Notes: a model not told the origin generated them from the sequence alone. DNA of 64,000 bases from Nostoc sp. DedSLP01 (GCA_034530875.2 JAVRCJ020000020.1:64001-128000), one strand, 5' to 3'; positions 38,001-49,167 are shown, counted from the first letter of the stretch. Numbers and translations: made by a program.

Positions 38001-40670
38001 TCAAAAATATGACACAACTGGCCCAGCAGTAGCGATGGCAATTCGATCTGGATGCAGTAATTCACAAGCCGCCTGATTGACTTCGGCAAGGCTGACTCGC
38101 TCGATTTTGTCACTCAAGGAGTACAATTCTCTTTTATCGAGTCCGTATACTTGATTCATCAGAATTGTATCTATTAATTCCTCTGGGTTTGCCAGGGAAA
38201 CATTATAGTTGCCAATCAGGGTGCGTTTAGCTGTTTCTACTTCTAGTGCGGTGACACCTTGTTGCTGAATTTCCTGTAGAATTTGGCGGGTACTGGCGAT
38301 CGCTTTAATGTTATCTTCAGGACTAGTTTGCATTTCAATCAAAAACGTCCCAACATTTTTACCTACTTGGAAGTAGCTATAAATTCCATAACTCAAACCT
38401 TGGCGATCGCGTACTTCTGTTCCCAGTCTACTAGATAGGGTATCGCCTCCCAAAATCTGATTCAACACCAAAGCTGCATAAAACCGAGGATCGTAACGGT
38501 TAATACTTGGGTAACCCATACAAGTCACAGCTTGGGCTTTACCTGCTAAAACTCGGTTAAGAGTGACTATTTTTTCTGGCAATGACACTGGAGGATATTG
38601 TAATGTCGGTAGTTTACCGCTAACTTGCCAGTCAGCAAACTTTTCTTCAATGAGCGATCGTACTGACTCTAACTCAAAATCTCCCACCAGTACTAATACT
38701 GTCGTGTCAGGACGATAATGTTTAGCTTTGAAATCAATTACATCCTGGCGCTTAATCCGCTGTAAACTCTCCTCTGTAGGAAAGGCGTATAAAGGATGTT
38801 TTTCCGGGTAAATTGACTCAACAAATATTCTTCTGGCTACTTGTGAAGGTTCGTCTAACTCTATTTGCAAATCGGTGAGAGTTTGTTGGCGATGCAATTC
38901 TAATTCTTTGGCTGAAAATGTACTATTTTTCAGAACATCTGCCAAAATTTCAATAAGTATCGGCAAATCTGGTGCTAAACTATCACCCTCAATTTGCACG
39001 CCTTCAGGGTAAGCTGCAAAGTCTAGACTAGCGCCTCGTTCTGCCAAGGTTTTGGCAATTGTTAAGGCATCCTTCGTTTTTGTGCCACTCAGCAAATTTT
39101 CTGCGACAAAAGCAGCCAGTCCAGCTTGTCCATCTGATTCAAATTGCGTCCCGGCTTGAATGTAGCCGCTCACGGTAACCGTGGGAGTGCTACGATCGCG
39201 TAACAGCAATAACCGTAGTCCGTTAGGAAATTGAAATTCCTGTGGTAATGTTTGGGCAATCGAATCTGTTACCAAATCTACGCTTGGCAAGTACTTCACC
39301 ACTTCAGTTACAAGCACAGGTGCGACAGCAGAGAAATTTTCTGTAGTTTGAGTTAAATCTGGTTTATGACCAACTTCTGTTGTCTGCTTTTGAGTTGGTT
39401 CAAAAAAGCCTACTGTACGTACTTCTTTTTTGAGGTATTTGTTAATTACAGCCACAACGTCTATTGGCTTTACCAAATGGACAGCTTCTAAGTAGCGGTC
39501 TATATACCGATAATCATCAGCAGTAGTTTCATCGTGACCCAATTGCATTGCTTGAGAAGTGATATCGCGGTTACTCAAAATGACATCTGCTGTTAATTGA
39601 GTTTTCGCTCGTTCTACTTCCTCTAAACTTACGCCTTTTTTTGCTACATTGGCGATCGCATTACTCACCACCGAATCAATTTTTTTCAAATCTTGTTTAA
39701 ATCCAGCCGTCACTAAGACCTCATACCAGCCAAATTCCCGCAAGCTGGTAACAGATGCCGAAACTTCATTCGCTAAACCGGATTCCACCAAAGCCTGATA
39801 AAGCCGAGAATTCCGTCCTTCAGTCAAAATGTAATCCATCACATCGAGCGCTGGTACATCCGGGTGATTTACATCAGGTAACGGATAAACCGCTTGTAAT
39901 AAGCGCCCTACTCCTGGTTCTCGCAATATTATCGGGTTCGGGAGTCGGTAGAGACTCGATTCATCGCGTCTATGAATAAAACTATTTTTACTCCTAACTC
40001 CTAACTCTTCACCACTAACTTTATTCGGTAATTTGCCAAATATTTCTTTAACTATTTCCAGAGTATTTGTAGTTTGAAAATCTCCAACAATTACTAAAAC
40101 GGCATTATTAGGAGTGTAGAAATTGCAGTAATATTTTTTTACCTGCTCAACTTCAAATTTTTCCACATCAGGTTTGATGCCACCTACAGGCAATCCATAG
40201 GCATGATTGGGAAATACTGCTTGCATTACGGCGCGATTAAGGCGATACTCTGGGCTATTTTCGTAACCTTGTAGCTCAGAAATTACTACCCGCTTTTCAC
40301 TTGCTAATTGCTCTGGTTCAATCTGCGAATTTAGCATTCTGTCTGCTTCCAGCACCAACAGCGCCTTCAGCTTGCTTCGTTCCACAGTCCCATAATATGC
40401 AGTTTGATCGTAGCTAGTAAAAGCATTAGAATCGCTACCCAAAGCACTAAACAAACGTCCAAATTGAATCGGACGATTTATTGTGCCTTTAAACATCATG
40501 TGTTCCAATTGGTGAGCAATACCATTGACTCCCGGTTCTTCGTTGCGCGAACCTACCTTGTACCACACCTGCACCGTTACCACTGGCGCAGTATGCACTT
40601 CCTTTGTGAGGACTATTAAGCCATTTTCTAGTACTGTCTTGCGGACGTTTTCTGTCAGTGTTGAGGGCAT
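38001..40670 (-). CDS. M16 (pitrilysin-family) zinc protease, two-module
   Basis: HQLEH inverted zincin motif, NAFTSYDQT and SSRL..VRDRQGLSY. Confidence 0.92.
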   Translation of the reverse strand: MPSTLTENVRKTVLENGLIVLTKEVHTAPVVTVQVWYKVGSRNEEPGVNGIAHQLEHMMFKGTINRPIQFGRLFSALGSDSNAFTSYDQTAYYGTVERSKLKALLVLEADRMLNSQIEPEQLASEKRVVISELQGYENSPEYRLNRAVMQAVFPNHAYGLPVGGIKPDVEKFEVEQVKKYYCNFYTPNNAVLVIVGDFQTTNTLEIVKEIFGKLPNKVSGEELGVRSKNSFIHRRDESSLYRLPNPIILREPGVGRLLQAVYPLPDVNHPDVPALDVMDYILTEGRNSRLYQALVESGLANEVSASVTSLREFGWYEVLVTAGFKQDLKKIDSVVSNAIANVAKKGVSLEEVERAKTQLTADVILSNRDITSQAMQLGHDETTADDYRYIDRYLEAVHLVKPIDVVAVINKYLKKEVRTVGFFEPTQKQTTEVGHKPDLTQTTENFSAVAPVLVTEVVKYLPSVDLVTDSIAQTLPQEFQFPNGLRLLLLRDRSTPTVTVSGYIQAGTQFESDGQAGLAAFVAENLLSGTKTKDALTIAKTLAERGASLDFAAYPEGVQIEGDSLAPDLPILIEILADVLKNSTFSAKELELHRQQTLTDLQIELDEPSQVARRIFVESIYPEKHPLYAFPTEESLQRIKRQDVIDFKAKHYRPDTTVLVLVGDFELESVRSLIEEKFADWQVSGKLPTLQYPPVSLPEKIVTLNRVLAGKAQAVTCMGYPSINRYDPRFYAALVLNQILGGDTLSSRLGTEVRDRQGLSYGIYSYFQVGKNVGTFLIEMQTSPEDNIKAIASTRQILQEIQQQGVTALEVETAKRTLIGNYNVSLANPEELIDTILMNQVYGLDKRELYSLSDKIERVSLAEVNQAACELLHPDRIAIATAGPVVSYF

Positions 40671-40900
40671 TATTATTTTGAGTAGCAAGCAGAACTTGTA
40701 TTTTTTGATTTTTGTTTTAGATTTACAATTAAGTAGTTATTAATATTAAAAAGCCTTGTTAATTCATCTGCCATACTTACTTTTTTAAATTGGTCTGATT
40801 TTGCAATATGGTCATAGTTAAATTTGGCAAATAAAGTGTGAGTTTAGCAACACTATAAAAAAAGAATATATTATCAACAAAGTTAATAATAAAACCTAAA

Positions 40901-41329
40901 TTATGATAGTTTTGCTAAAACGCGAATAAATTCTAGAGGTAAGCCATCAGCATCGGCGATAAAAGCGACTTCGTAAATGCGATCGCCTATTTGCTGTTGT
41001 GTCGGTTCTAATAATACCTTTAACGGTTGTAATGCTTCTGCTTCTGATACACGTTTTTGTAAACTTGTCAACCAGCTAGGTAAATCTGGTGTCATCTCAG
41101 TTAGATCGAACGAGAGATGATAGTACCCTACATAATGTTCGTCGGCAAAGGCATCTGGGGCTGGTTTTGGTTCGGGAATTTGGATTAGTTCAATTCTGCT
41201 GTCCAATCCTTCCATCCAGCAAGCTAAAGTGTAGCCTGTAGTAAAGCGTTCTGAAATTGTAAATCCTAAACATTCGTAGAAAGCGATCGCCTGATGAATA
41301 TTCGCCGTCCGAATGGAAGTATGGTGCAT
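40901..41329 (-). CDS. VOC/glyoxalase family protein
   Basis: MHHTSIR, RIELIQ, YHLSF and DADGLPLEFI. Confidence 0.85.
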   Translation of the reverse strand: MHHTSIRTANIHQAIAFYECLGFTISERFTTGYTLACWMEGLDSRIELIQIPEPKPAPDAFADEHYVGYYHLSFDLTEMTPDLPSWLTSLQKRVSEAEALQPLKVLLEPTQQQIGDRIYEVAFIADADGLPLEFIRVLAKLS

Positions 41330-41334
41330 AAGAA

Positions 41335-41502
41335 AAGTTAGGAGTTATAAGTTGCGAGTTAGGAGTTATGAGCTTTAAGTTATGAATTGAATTTAACTCA
41401 TAACTCTTGTACAGACGCGTAGACACTCGAAGAGCGGCTTCTCGTAAGAGTATAATCGCCTCTGTACTCCTAACTTCTAACTTTTAACTCATAACTCCTA
41501 AC
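41335..41502. repeat. STRR tract with an embedded REP/SDR
   Basis: gagttag/gagttat and taactcc/taactca heptamers around gtacagacgcg...cgcctctgtac. Confidence 0.7.
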
Positions 41503-41503
41503 T

Positions 41504-42016
41504 TTACTCAAATAACCGGAAGTAAGGGTAGCGCACAGGGACGCCAGGTTCTTTTTCCAAGTCAAAATTAATCACTTCCCAGCAGGGATCTTCTGGGGGA
41601 TCGGGACTAAACTCTACGGGTAAACCGTACAATCGCGCAGCTGACGGTTCCGGCTGTCCGGAACGCCAAGGTGTGCTGCGTTCTAAGTAGCCACTCATCA
41701 ATTCCTGATAGCGTCGAGCAATAATCACTCGTGTTGCTCGGTAGCCTTGGGTATACAGCTTGTCTAAAGCTTCATGGATTTCAAACCGAATACCATCAGG
41801 ATGAGTATGCTGCCGATACCATTCATTATTCCACCTCCGCCAATGACGCCCTGACTGTAAATGGATCAACTCTCCATTTTTGGGGTTAGCTTCAAAAGCG
41901 CCATGACGCGGACATAAATAGGTATCTGTTAGTGTCAACGCCGGAATGGTCTGGCGACAGTGGGGACACTGTATTTCAGGGCCAAATATTGGGTACTGCA
42001 AGCCTGGATTCATCAT
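41504..42016 (-). CDS. TIGR02652 family conserved cyanobacterial protein (zinc ribbon)
   Basis: YPIFGPEIQCPHCRQTIPALTLTDTYLCPRHGAFEA, ending YPYFRLFE. Confidence 0.8.
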   Translation of the reverse strand: MMNPGLQYPIFGPEIQCPHCRQTIPALTLTDTYLCPRHGAFEANPKNGELIHLQSGRHWRRWNNEWYRQHTHPDGIRFEIHEALDKLYTQGYRATRVIIARRYQELMSGYLERSTPWRSGQPEPSAARLYGLPVEFSPDPPEDPCWEVINFDLEKEPGVPVRYPYFRLFE

Positions 42017-42318
42017 GAAGTGCGTACAAACATAAATTTTGTCTTCACCTGCACTAGGCACTAGTAGGTTGAGTTATACACTTCGGCTCCGCCACTTTGG
42101 GATATTCACTCAATGCTCGCTCAACAAATAAGTTCTGAATCGTTAGTTTTAAGTTTTTCATGAAGAATCCTTGTTAAACTCAACACTCCTCAGTACTTTG
42201 TTAAGCAACTCATCACTCCTAAATCTAGAGGCATGACGCTGTGATATCCTGGTTGTGCAACCAGCCTCAAAGGTTGGAGTTTCTCCAGTGTTCCTGGGTA
42301 CCATATTAATATTCTATC

Positions 42319-42846
42319 GTGTCTACCGCTTCTTACTGGACATCTGTTGATTTTTCTCAAGCCGCCTTCATTGCACCTAATGCTGTTGTTATTGGTTCGG
42401 TAAATATAGCAGCAAGAGCGAGCATTTGGTATGGAGCAGTCATTAGAGGAGATGTTGAACGCATTGAAATTGGCGAATGCACGAATATTCAGGATGGAGC
42501 AATTTTACATTGCGATCCTGGTTTTCCCACAATCCTAGAAGATCATGTTACCGTAGGCCATCGCGCTGTGGTACATTCTGCTTATATTGAGCGTGGAAGT
42601 TTGATAGGCATTGGCGCAGTAATTTTAGACAGTGTACGAGTAGGTGCTGGTAGCATTATTGGCGCTGGCGCAGTGGTAACTAAAAATATACCGCCCTTAT
42701 CCCTAGTTGTAGGCGTTCCTGGCAAAATACAGCGCCAAGTAACAGAACTTCAAGCCGCAGAACTCATCGAACACGCTAAACGTTACGAAAAGTTAGCTTT
42801 AGTTCATGCAGGTAAAGGTACTGATATCGGGTTTAGAAAGGGTTAG
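42319..42846 (+). CDS. Gamma carbonic anhydrase family hexapeptide protein
   Basis: IWYGAVIRGD, TNIQDGAILH and VGHRAVVHS; GTG start. Confidence 0.9.
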   Translation: MSTASYWTSVDFSQAAFIAPNAVVIGSVNIAARASIWYGAVIRGDVERIEIGECTNIQDGAILHCDPGFPTILEDHVTVGHRAVVHSAYIERGSLIGIGAVILDSVRVGAGSIIGAGAVVTKNIPPLSLVVGVPGKIQRQVTELQAAELIEHAKRYEKLALVHAGKGTDIGFRKG

Positions 42847-43043
42847 CGGATAGGGCATGGGAGCAGAGGAGCAGAGGAGCAGAGGAGAAAATAATGCCCA
42901 ATACCCCATGCCCAATGCCCCATGCCCAAATAATTTAATTATTCTTTACATATCAGTTGGGAAAAATAGCCCACTTCAGCTAAAAATAAAAATGAGAGAA
43001 GTTGACAAAACTTTAATTTCTACTTAATAGAGGGGTTCTAGAT

Positions 43044-43169
43044 ATGGATATCGATTTTCGTTTAGCGATCGTTTTAGCACCAATTGCTATTGCTGCTGGC
43101 TGGGCAGCGTTTAATATTGGTGCTGCGGCTTTAAGACAAATTCAAGGCTTTTTGAATAGAGAAGCCTAA
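43044..43169 (+). CDS. psbY: Photosystem II protein Y (41 aa)
   Basis: Hand translation [48 protein letters not shown]. Confidence 0.93.
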   Translation: MDIDFRLAIVLAPIAIAAGWAAFNIGAAALRQIQGFLNREA

Positions 43170-43239
43170 ATTAGGCTTAATATAATTCCTTTTCAACCGA
43201 CTGTCTTTCTTTAGTAGCACAGTCGGTTTTACACATGCT

Positions 43240-43415
43240 TGGGCATAGGGCATAGGGCATTGGGCAAGCAGGAAGTGTGGGAGGGGTGGGAGAATGGGGA
43301 AGAAATCTTTCCCCCCACACTCCCCACACTCCCTCATCTTCCCCTACCTCCTTGCCCTCCTCTTGTGCCAGTCCCCAATCCCCCAGTCCCCACTCCCCAG
43401 TCCCCACTCCCCCTG
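43240..43415. repeat. STRR composite tract
   Basis: gggcata units, then G-rich/C-rich inverted arms and cccca(g/a/c)t heptamers. Confidence 0.8.
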
Positions 43416-43418
43416 CTT

Positions 43419-44732
43419 GTGGATATCGATTCTGTAATCCAACCTCTTCAACGCTTTGGCATTCATCTCGGACTCGATCGCATTCTCAATCTCTTAGCCA
43501 ATCTTGACAATCCCCATCATCAAGTTCCGGTAATTCACGTTGCTGGCAGTAATGGTAAAGGTTCGGTATGCGCTTATCTCTCGTCAGTACTCACTGAGGC
43601 TGGTTATCGTACAGGACGCTACACTTCCCCGCATTTAGTTGATTGGACTGAACGTATTTGTCTCAACGAACAGCCAATTTCTTCTGAAGAATTAAACCAA
43701 TTATTTCAACAAGTACAAGCGGTGATTCTTCCTAATGAGCCATCACCAACTCAATTTGAAGTAATTACCGCAGCAGCGTGGTTATATTTTGCACAAGCTA
43801 AAGTCGATGTCGCAGTAGTAGAAGTCGGACTAGGCGGGCGTTTAGATGCAACCAATGTCTGCTTAAAACCTTTAGTTACTATTATCACTTCCATCAGCCG
43901 CGAACACTGGCAACAGCTTGGCCCCACCATCGCTGACATTGCCAGAGAAAAAGCTGGTATTCTCAAGCCAGGGTGTCCTGTTGTAGTCGGGCAATTGCCA
44001 GCAGATGCAGAAAATGTAGTGCGATCGCGTGCTTTAGAATTACATTGTCCGATTTTGACACCTCAACCCGCCCGCCAAGTCGGTACAGGATGGGCAGAGT
44101 ATGCAAGAGTGGGAGGTGGGGGGATGGAAAAATCACCTCAGAACTCTATTAAATATCCTTTGCCGTTAGCAGGAGAAATTCAATTAAATAATTCAGCTTT
44201 GGCTTTAGCTGCTATAGAAATTCTCCAACAAAAAGGTTGGCAAATTTCTGAGGCAGCCATCATTAACGGTATGAGGAAAACTAAATGGCCGGGGCGGATG
44301 CAATGGACTACTTGGAACCATCATAAATTATTACTTGATGGCGCTCATAATCCAGCCGCTGCCCAAGTTTTGCGTCAGTATGTCGATAGCTTAGACCCAG
44401 CAAAACATCAACCCGTAAATTGGATAATGGGAATGTTTGCTGATAAAGATTGTGCTGATATTTTTGCTGCTTTATTGCGGCCGGGCGATCGCCTCTATTT
44501 AGTACCAATTCCAGTAGAACCTTGGCCTGGTAGAACTTCTGCTAATTTATACGAACTATCTAATTTAGCTTATAGCCTCTGTCCAGAATTAAGCGATCGC
44601 CAAATACATCCAGATTTATTTACAGCACTAGAAACCGCAACCTCAACCGCTACCAAAGACGATTTAATCGTTTTGTGTGGTTCGCTTTATTTAGTAGGAG
44701 ATTTTTTGGCAACCACTAAATATAATTCGTAA
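43419..44732 (+). CDS. folC: Folylpolyglutamate synthase/dihydrofolate synthase
   Basis: HVAGSNGKGS, YTSPHL, EVGLGGRLDATN, WPGR and DGAHN; GTG at 43419 preferred because the upstream extension is STRR. Confidence 0.93.
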   Translation: MDIDSVIQPLQRFGIHLGLDRILNLLANLDNPHHQVPVIHVAGSNGKGSVCAYLSSVLTEAGYRTGRYTSPHLVDWTERICLNEQPISSEELNQLFQQVQAVILPNEPSPTQFEVITAAAWLYFAQAKVDVAVVEVGLGGRLDATNVCLKPLVTIITSISREHWQQLGPTIADIAREKAGILKPGCPVVVGQLPADAENVVRSRALELHCPILTPQPARQVGTGWAEYARVGGGGMEKSPQNSIKYPLPLAGEIQLNNSALALAAIEILQQKGWQISEAAIINGMRKTKWPGRMQWTTWNHHKLLLDGAHNPAAAQVLRQYVDSLDPAKHQPVNWIMGMFADKDCADIFAALLRPGDRLYLVPIPVEPWPGRTSANLYELSNLAYSLCPELSDRQIHPDLFTALETATSTATKDDLIVLCGSLYLVGDFLATTKYNS

Positions 44733-44761
44733 ATCATAATTACGAATTACGAATTACGAAT

Positions 44762-46060
44762 TTACCTTTGATTCCACTCCTGCGCTGCATCTTCTACAGC
44801 CTTATCTACTGTTTTTTCGCCTAACATCGCTGCTTGCAAGTTCTCATAAATTGCTTTTTGCAGTTTATTAGAATCCTTCAAAGTTGGAGTTAATATTTCT
44901 GCTTGTTGCAGTTGTTGGGCAGTAATAACTCGCGCCTTTTCTACTGTTGAGGCATTAGCTGGAACATCTTTAAAGTAACTGTCAGACAATGCTTTGACTG
45001 TAGAAGGTAAAACATTTGCGGCTTTAGCAAAAGCCAACTGATTTTCGTCATTTGTCACAAATAAAGCAAACTTCACGGCGGCGTCTGGTTGTTTGCTATC
45101 GCGGGGAATAACTATATTCATCACGGCGACATTTTTCTTGCCTGTATCGCCAGTGAGTTGCGGTGCGATTCCCGAAGCTTGGGCAATTTTCGGCGCATTA
45201 TTAGCGATCGATTTGAGAAACTCTGGTCCAGAAGCTAGAAACACCGTTTCTCCAGATTGGTATAAATCGATCGCGTGGCGATGCCCTTGAGTCAAAGCTT
45301 CTTTAGGCAGCAATCCTTTTTTATACAAATCTACCCAATATTGAAACGCGGCTTTGCCCTGTGGCGAATTAAACGCCGCTTTTCCTTGGTCATCTATTAA
45401 AGTAACTCCCATTTGCACAAAAGATTCCAACACTTCCCCCGAATCTTGCGGTACAAAGGTCACAAAAAAAGCATATTTCCCAGTCTTATCTTTAATTTGT
45501 TGCGCTTCTTGTGCTAATTCTGCGTAGGTCGCAGGTGGTTTATTGATACCTGCCTGTTTTAATAAATCAGTGTTATAAATGGTTAACCGTGTGGTGAGAT
45601 ACCAAGGAATTCCAAAACTCTTACCATTGAGCGTGCTTGCTTTCCAAATATTCGGTAGATAGGAGGAACGTACATCATTTGGAACTTTTGTATCCAAATC
45701 TAACCAAGCATTTCGTCCTGCAAGTTGGGAAGCAAAACCCGGATTGAGGTTAACAACATCAGGTGGTGTTTTTCCGGAGACAGCTGTTAATATCTTGTTC
45801 TCCATGGCTGCCCAAGGCACATCAACCCAGTTTACCTTTATACCTTGATTTTGCGATTCAAAATTTGCAATTAGGCTTTTGAAGTAGTCATTAAATTGAG
45901 GTTGGAGTTGCATTGTCCAAAACTCAATTGTTGCCGCTTTTGAAGTAGCTTGCTTCGTATCTGTCCCGACATTTCCTGTGCTGCAACTTACAATCCAGCT
46001 AGTTAATAGTCCAAGCAGTGCTAAAGCAGTAAGTTGTTTAAATTTTCGTAATTGAATCAT
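44762..46060 (-). CDS. Sugar ABC transporter substrate-binding lipoprotein
   Basis: Lipobox IVSC; IEFWTMQL, PPDVV and GIPWY of SBP family 1. Confidence 0.88.
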   Translation of the reverse strand: MIQLRKFKQLTALALLGLLTSWIVSCSTGNVGTDTKQATSKAATIEFWTMQLQPQFNDYFKSLIANFESQNQGIKVNWVDVPWAAMENKILTAVSGKTPPDVVNLNPGFASQLAGRNAWLDLDTKVPNDVRSSYLPNIWKASTLNGKSFGIPWYLTTRLTIYNTDLLKQAGINKPPATYAELAQEAQQIKDKTGKYAFFVTFVPQDSGEVLESFVQMGVTLIDDQGKAAFNSPQGKAAFQYWVDLYKKGLLPKEALTQGHRHAIDLYQSGETVFLASGPEFLKSIANNAPKIAQASGIAPQLTGDTGKKNVAVMNIVIPRDSKQPDAAVKFALFVTNDENQLAFAKAANVLPSTVKALSDSYFKDVPANASTVEKARVITAQQLQQAEILTPTLKDSNKLQKAIYENLQAAMLGEKTVDKAVEDAAQEWNQR

Positions 46061-46261
46061 TTTCCCAGTATTTTTACGCTTGATCGTGCTGAAAATCTTA
46101 TGCAGAATTGACGAGATTATAGGCTAAATCAATTACCAGTAGTAGAGATAACTAGGGACTAGGGAATAGGGAATAGGGAATAGATAAAAATCCCCGATGC
46201 CCAATGCCCGATGCCCAGTACCCAATACCCAATTCAATTTAACAGTCCAGCGGGCACAACT

Positions 46262-47368
46262 GTGGTGAAAAGCTTCAATAGTCTGTTTGGCAAATCAAAT
46301 AAAGGGATCGGCATTGAACTTGCTCCCGAACGAGTAAATGTAGTTCAGCTACGCAAGCAGCGTCAAGGCTTGAAACTAGAAACTTTAACATCGGTAGCAG
46401 TTCCCGAAGGCATAGTTACCGATGGTCAAATCGCCGACCCTCCAGCAATGGCGCAAATAATTCAAGAAGCGCTAGCCCAAAGTAAAATCAAAGCTTCCCG
46501 TGTTGCCACTGGTGTACCAGGACGAGATTCTATCGTTCGTCTGATACCGGTGCCAGCAGAGTTAGATGACAAAGAACTGCGGGAAATGGTGCTAAACCAT
46601 GAAGCTGGTTTGTATCTACCCTATCCTCGTGAAGAGGCTGATGTAGATTATCAGAAACTTGGGTACTTTGTAGATGAAGATGGCATCGAAAAAGTACAGG
46701 TACTCTTAGTTGCTACCCGCAAGGAAGTAACAGATACCTATATAAGTACATTCGAGCAGGCTGGATTACAAATCGATGTTTTAGAAATTAACAGTTTTGC
46801 TCTCATTCGGACTATTCGCGATCAATTGCGACAATTTGGCCCGCAAGAAGCAGCAGTACTAGTTGATATAGAATTCGACAGCACAGAAATTGCCATCATC
46901 GTTAATGGCGTACCTCAATTTTCGCGCACGGTACCTATAGGAACTTATCAAATGCAAACTGCCCTTGCTAGGGCAATGAGCTTACCTACATCACGGGATA
47001 TGGAACTGTTACATGGAATGGTTATTACGCCAACTCCCATAGACGGCGGTAAAACCGGCGTCACAGAACTCAATCCCGGTATGGCAGCTGTCTTGAGAGT
47101 ATTGGGAGAACTAACAGATGAATTGCGCCGTTCCATCGATTTTTACCTTAATCAAAGTGAAAATTTGGAAGTAGCGCAGATTTTATTAGCTGGGCCAGGA
47201 GGTGGACTCCAACAGCTTGATGAATTCTTTACTCAAAGATTAAGCTTACCAACTATCCAAATAGATCCTATCGGGGCTTTGTCGTTGGAAGTTGATAGCG
47301 ATAAATATCCACAGGTACAACGTTCTGGGTTGGCAGTCGTACTTGGTTTAGGAATGCGGGAGGTGTAA
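46262..47368 (+). CDS. pilM: Type IV pilus assembly protein PilM
   Basis: Actin-like GIGIEL, VLVDIE and ELRRSIDFY..LAGPGG; first gene of the pil cluster; GTG start inferred. Confidence 0.9.
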   Translation: MVKSFNSLFGKSNKGIGIELAPERVNVVQLRKQRQGLKLETLTSVAVPEGIVTDGQIADPPAMAQIIQEALAQSKIKASRVATGVPGRDSIVRLIPVPAELDDKELREMVLNHEAGLYLPYPREEADVDYQKLGYFVDEDGIEKVQVLLVATRKEVTDTYISTFEQAGLQIDVLEINSFALIRTIRDQLRQFGPQEAAVLVDIEFDSTEIAIIVNGVPQFSRTVPIGTYQMQTALARAMSLPTSRDMELLHGMVITPTPIDGGKTGVTELNPGMAAVLRVLGELTDELRRSIDFYLNQSENLEVAQILLAGPGGGLQQLDEFFTQRLSLPTIQIDPIGALSLEVDSDKYPQVQRSGLAVVLGLGMREV

Positions 47369-47379
47369 TAGCAATTCGC

Positions 47380-47468
47380 AATGGGCTACGCCCCGCTGCG
47401 AAGAGAGCAATGACGCTCGTTCGCCCTTGGTGTGCCGTAGGCAAGACTCGCTAACGCTGCGCTAACGC
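47380..47468. repeat. Nested small dispersed repeats between pilM and pilN
   Basis: aatgggctacgccccgctgcg (compare 37058) and actcgctaacgctgcgcta (compare 37195). Confidence 0.7.
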
Positions 47469-47626
47469 AAAATCGCGAACTCTGGATTATCCGTAAATGC
47501 TTTGCAGCTTACGGCAAGCATTAAAGCTTTTAAAGGCGGATTTTAAATTTTGGATTGTCTGTTTTGACAGTCACACTGTTTGAGAATTCTCAAACCATAA
47601 TATTCATTTCTAGTTGGTGTGAGAAA

Positions 47627-48403
47627 ATGTACAGTTTGGATGTTAACTTTCTTAAAGACCGCCCAGCCTACCAGAAAAAGCCTGAGAAAAAGGGAGGAAT
47701 GGCTTTAAGCCTTCCTGGAGGAAATTTAACACCAATTTATGTGGGAGTCGTATTAGGTGTAGGTCTTCCAGCTTTAATGGGAGTTGGTTGGTGGATATTG
47801 CAAGGGAAGATTGTTGAACTAGAGGGCACAATAGCACAACTAGATCAGGAAAGCAAAAGGTTAGATACAGAAATCGGAAATCTGAACAAAATTAAGGCAG
47901 AGGCAACCGCAGTTAAGGCGGAAACCCAAGCTTTAGTCAGTGTATTTGACCAGATTCGTCCTTGGTCGGCAATGCTGCAAGATTTGCGCGATCGCATTCC
48001 AGCAGCAGTGCAAATTAAGGACATCAAGCAAATTCCACCGATTGCAGCAGCGCCAGGTCAGCCTCCAAATAATCCCGCTGGGGGATTAGAAATTAGCGGC
48101 TTGGCTCGTTCCTTTAACGATGTCAATGATTTCTTGTTGAGTTTACAACAGTCCCAGTTTTTGAAGTCTTCAGAAAGCAGAATTCTCACGGCAACCTTAG
48201 TAGATGCTCCTTTACCTCCAAGTGCGAATCAATCGACAACTCAGGTAAAAATTAAGCCTCCACAAATAGTTCAATACACTATTCAATCCAGCATGAATGA
48301 TGTTCCAGCTTCAGAATTAATTCGCGAGTTGGAAAAAAAAGGCACAGTGGGGCTAGTGGCTCGAATTCGTAGTATGCAAGAAACAGGAGTCATTTCAAAA
48401 TGA
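47627..48403 (+). CDS. pilN: Type IV pilus assembly protein PilN
   Basis: LDVNFL motif, TM, coiled coil and WSAMLQDL. Confidence 0.88.
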   Translation: MYSLDVNFLKDRPAYQKKPEKKGGMALSLPGGNLTPIYVGVVLGVGLPALMGVGWWILQGKIVELEGTIAQLDQESKRLDTEIGNLNKIKAEATAVKAETQALVSVFDQIRPWSAMLQDLRDRIPAAVQIKDIKQIPPIAAAPGQPPNNPAGGLEISGLARSFNDVNDFLLSLQQSQFLKSSESRILTATLVDAPLPPSANQSTTQVKIKPPQIVQYTIQSSMNDVPASELIRELEKKGTVGLVARIRSMQETGVISK

Positions 48404-49167
48404 CGCTGAGTGATGATTTAAATTTTGCCGAACACGCCGGAGAATTGGATGAGGCGGCACCAGCCTATCCCGTGGTATTTGGTATTAGCTTTACACCAAA
48501 AATCATTGGGATTTTGGTAGGGTTCATTGGTTTAGCGGGAGCAGGTTACATAATATTAAACCTGTTGATGCCAGCTTGGGAAAGCTATCAGCAACAGCAA
48601 GCAAAAGCCTCGGAACTCCAAGGACAAATTGAGCAAAAGAAACTTAATATCAAACAAATTGACAAAGTTAAAGAGGAATTAGCTCAGGCAAAACAGCAAA
48701 AAGTCCAGGTTTTAGGTTTATTTGCAAATGAGAAAGATTTGGATACATTGCTGTTAGATATCAACCGTTTAATTGAATCTGGTAATGTTCAAACCCCGAT
48801 TAATGGGGTCAGAGCTAAACTCAAAAAGTTTGCGCCAATTTCTCAAAAACCAGAACAGGTTAAAGATGGAAGTTTGGGAAAACTAGTTGATGGCAAGCTG
48901 CAACGCAGCAGTATCAGTGCCGAGATTAGTGGTACTTACGAACAAACACAATCGATAATTCGTAACATTGAGCGTTTACAGCCTTTGTTAATAGTTAAAG
49001 ATTATCAATCAACTGCGGCTCCAGCAGAGGTCAGATCTCCATTGGATAAAACGCCCGTGCGGGTTGGGCCAGGAGCGATTAATACATCATTCCAAGTACA
49101 GGTTTTGATGCCACTAAGTCCAGAACAAATAGCAGCCGCAGAGGCTAAAGATGCCCCGAAAAAGTAG
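48400..49167 (+). CDS. pilO: Type IV pilus assembly protein PilO
   Basis: TM plus coiled coil, LLLDIN and GTYEQTQSIIRNIERL; ATGA overlap with pilN. Confidence 0.85.
   Translation: MTLSDDLNFAEHAGELDEAAPAYPVVFGISFTPKIIGILVGFIGLAGAGYIILNLLMPAWESYQQQQAKASELQGQIEQKKLNIKQIDKVKEELAQAKQQKVQVLGLFANEKDLDTLLLDINRLIESGNVQTPINGVRAKLKKFAPISQKPEQVKDGSLGKLVDGKLQRSSISAEISGTYEQTQSIIRNIERLQPLLIVKDYQSTAAPAEVRSPLDKTPVRVGPGAINTSFQVQVLMPLSPEQIAAAEAKDAPKK

Noticed and set aside
43239..43418. N-terminal extension of FolC and antisense ORFs at 43131-43507
   Set aside because: These are translations of STRR heptamer DNA; FolC similarity begins at GTG 43419
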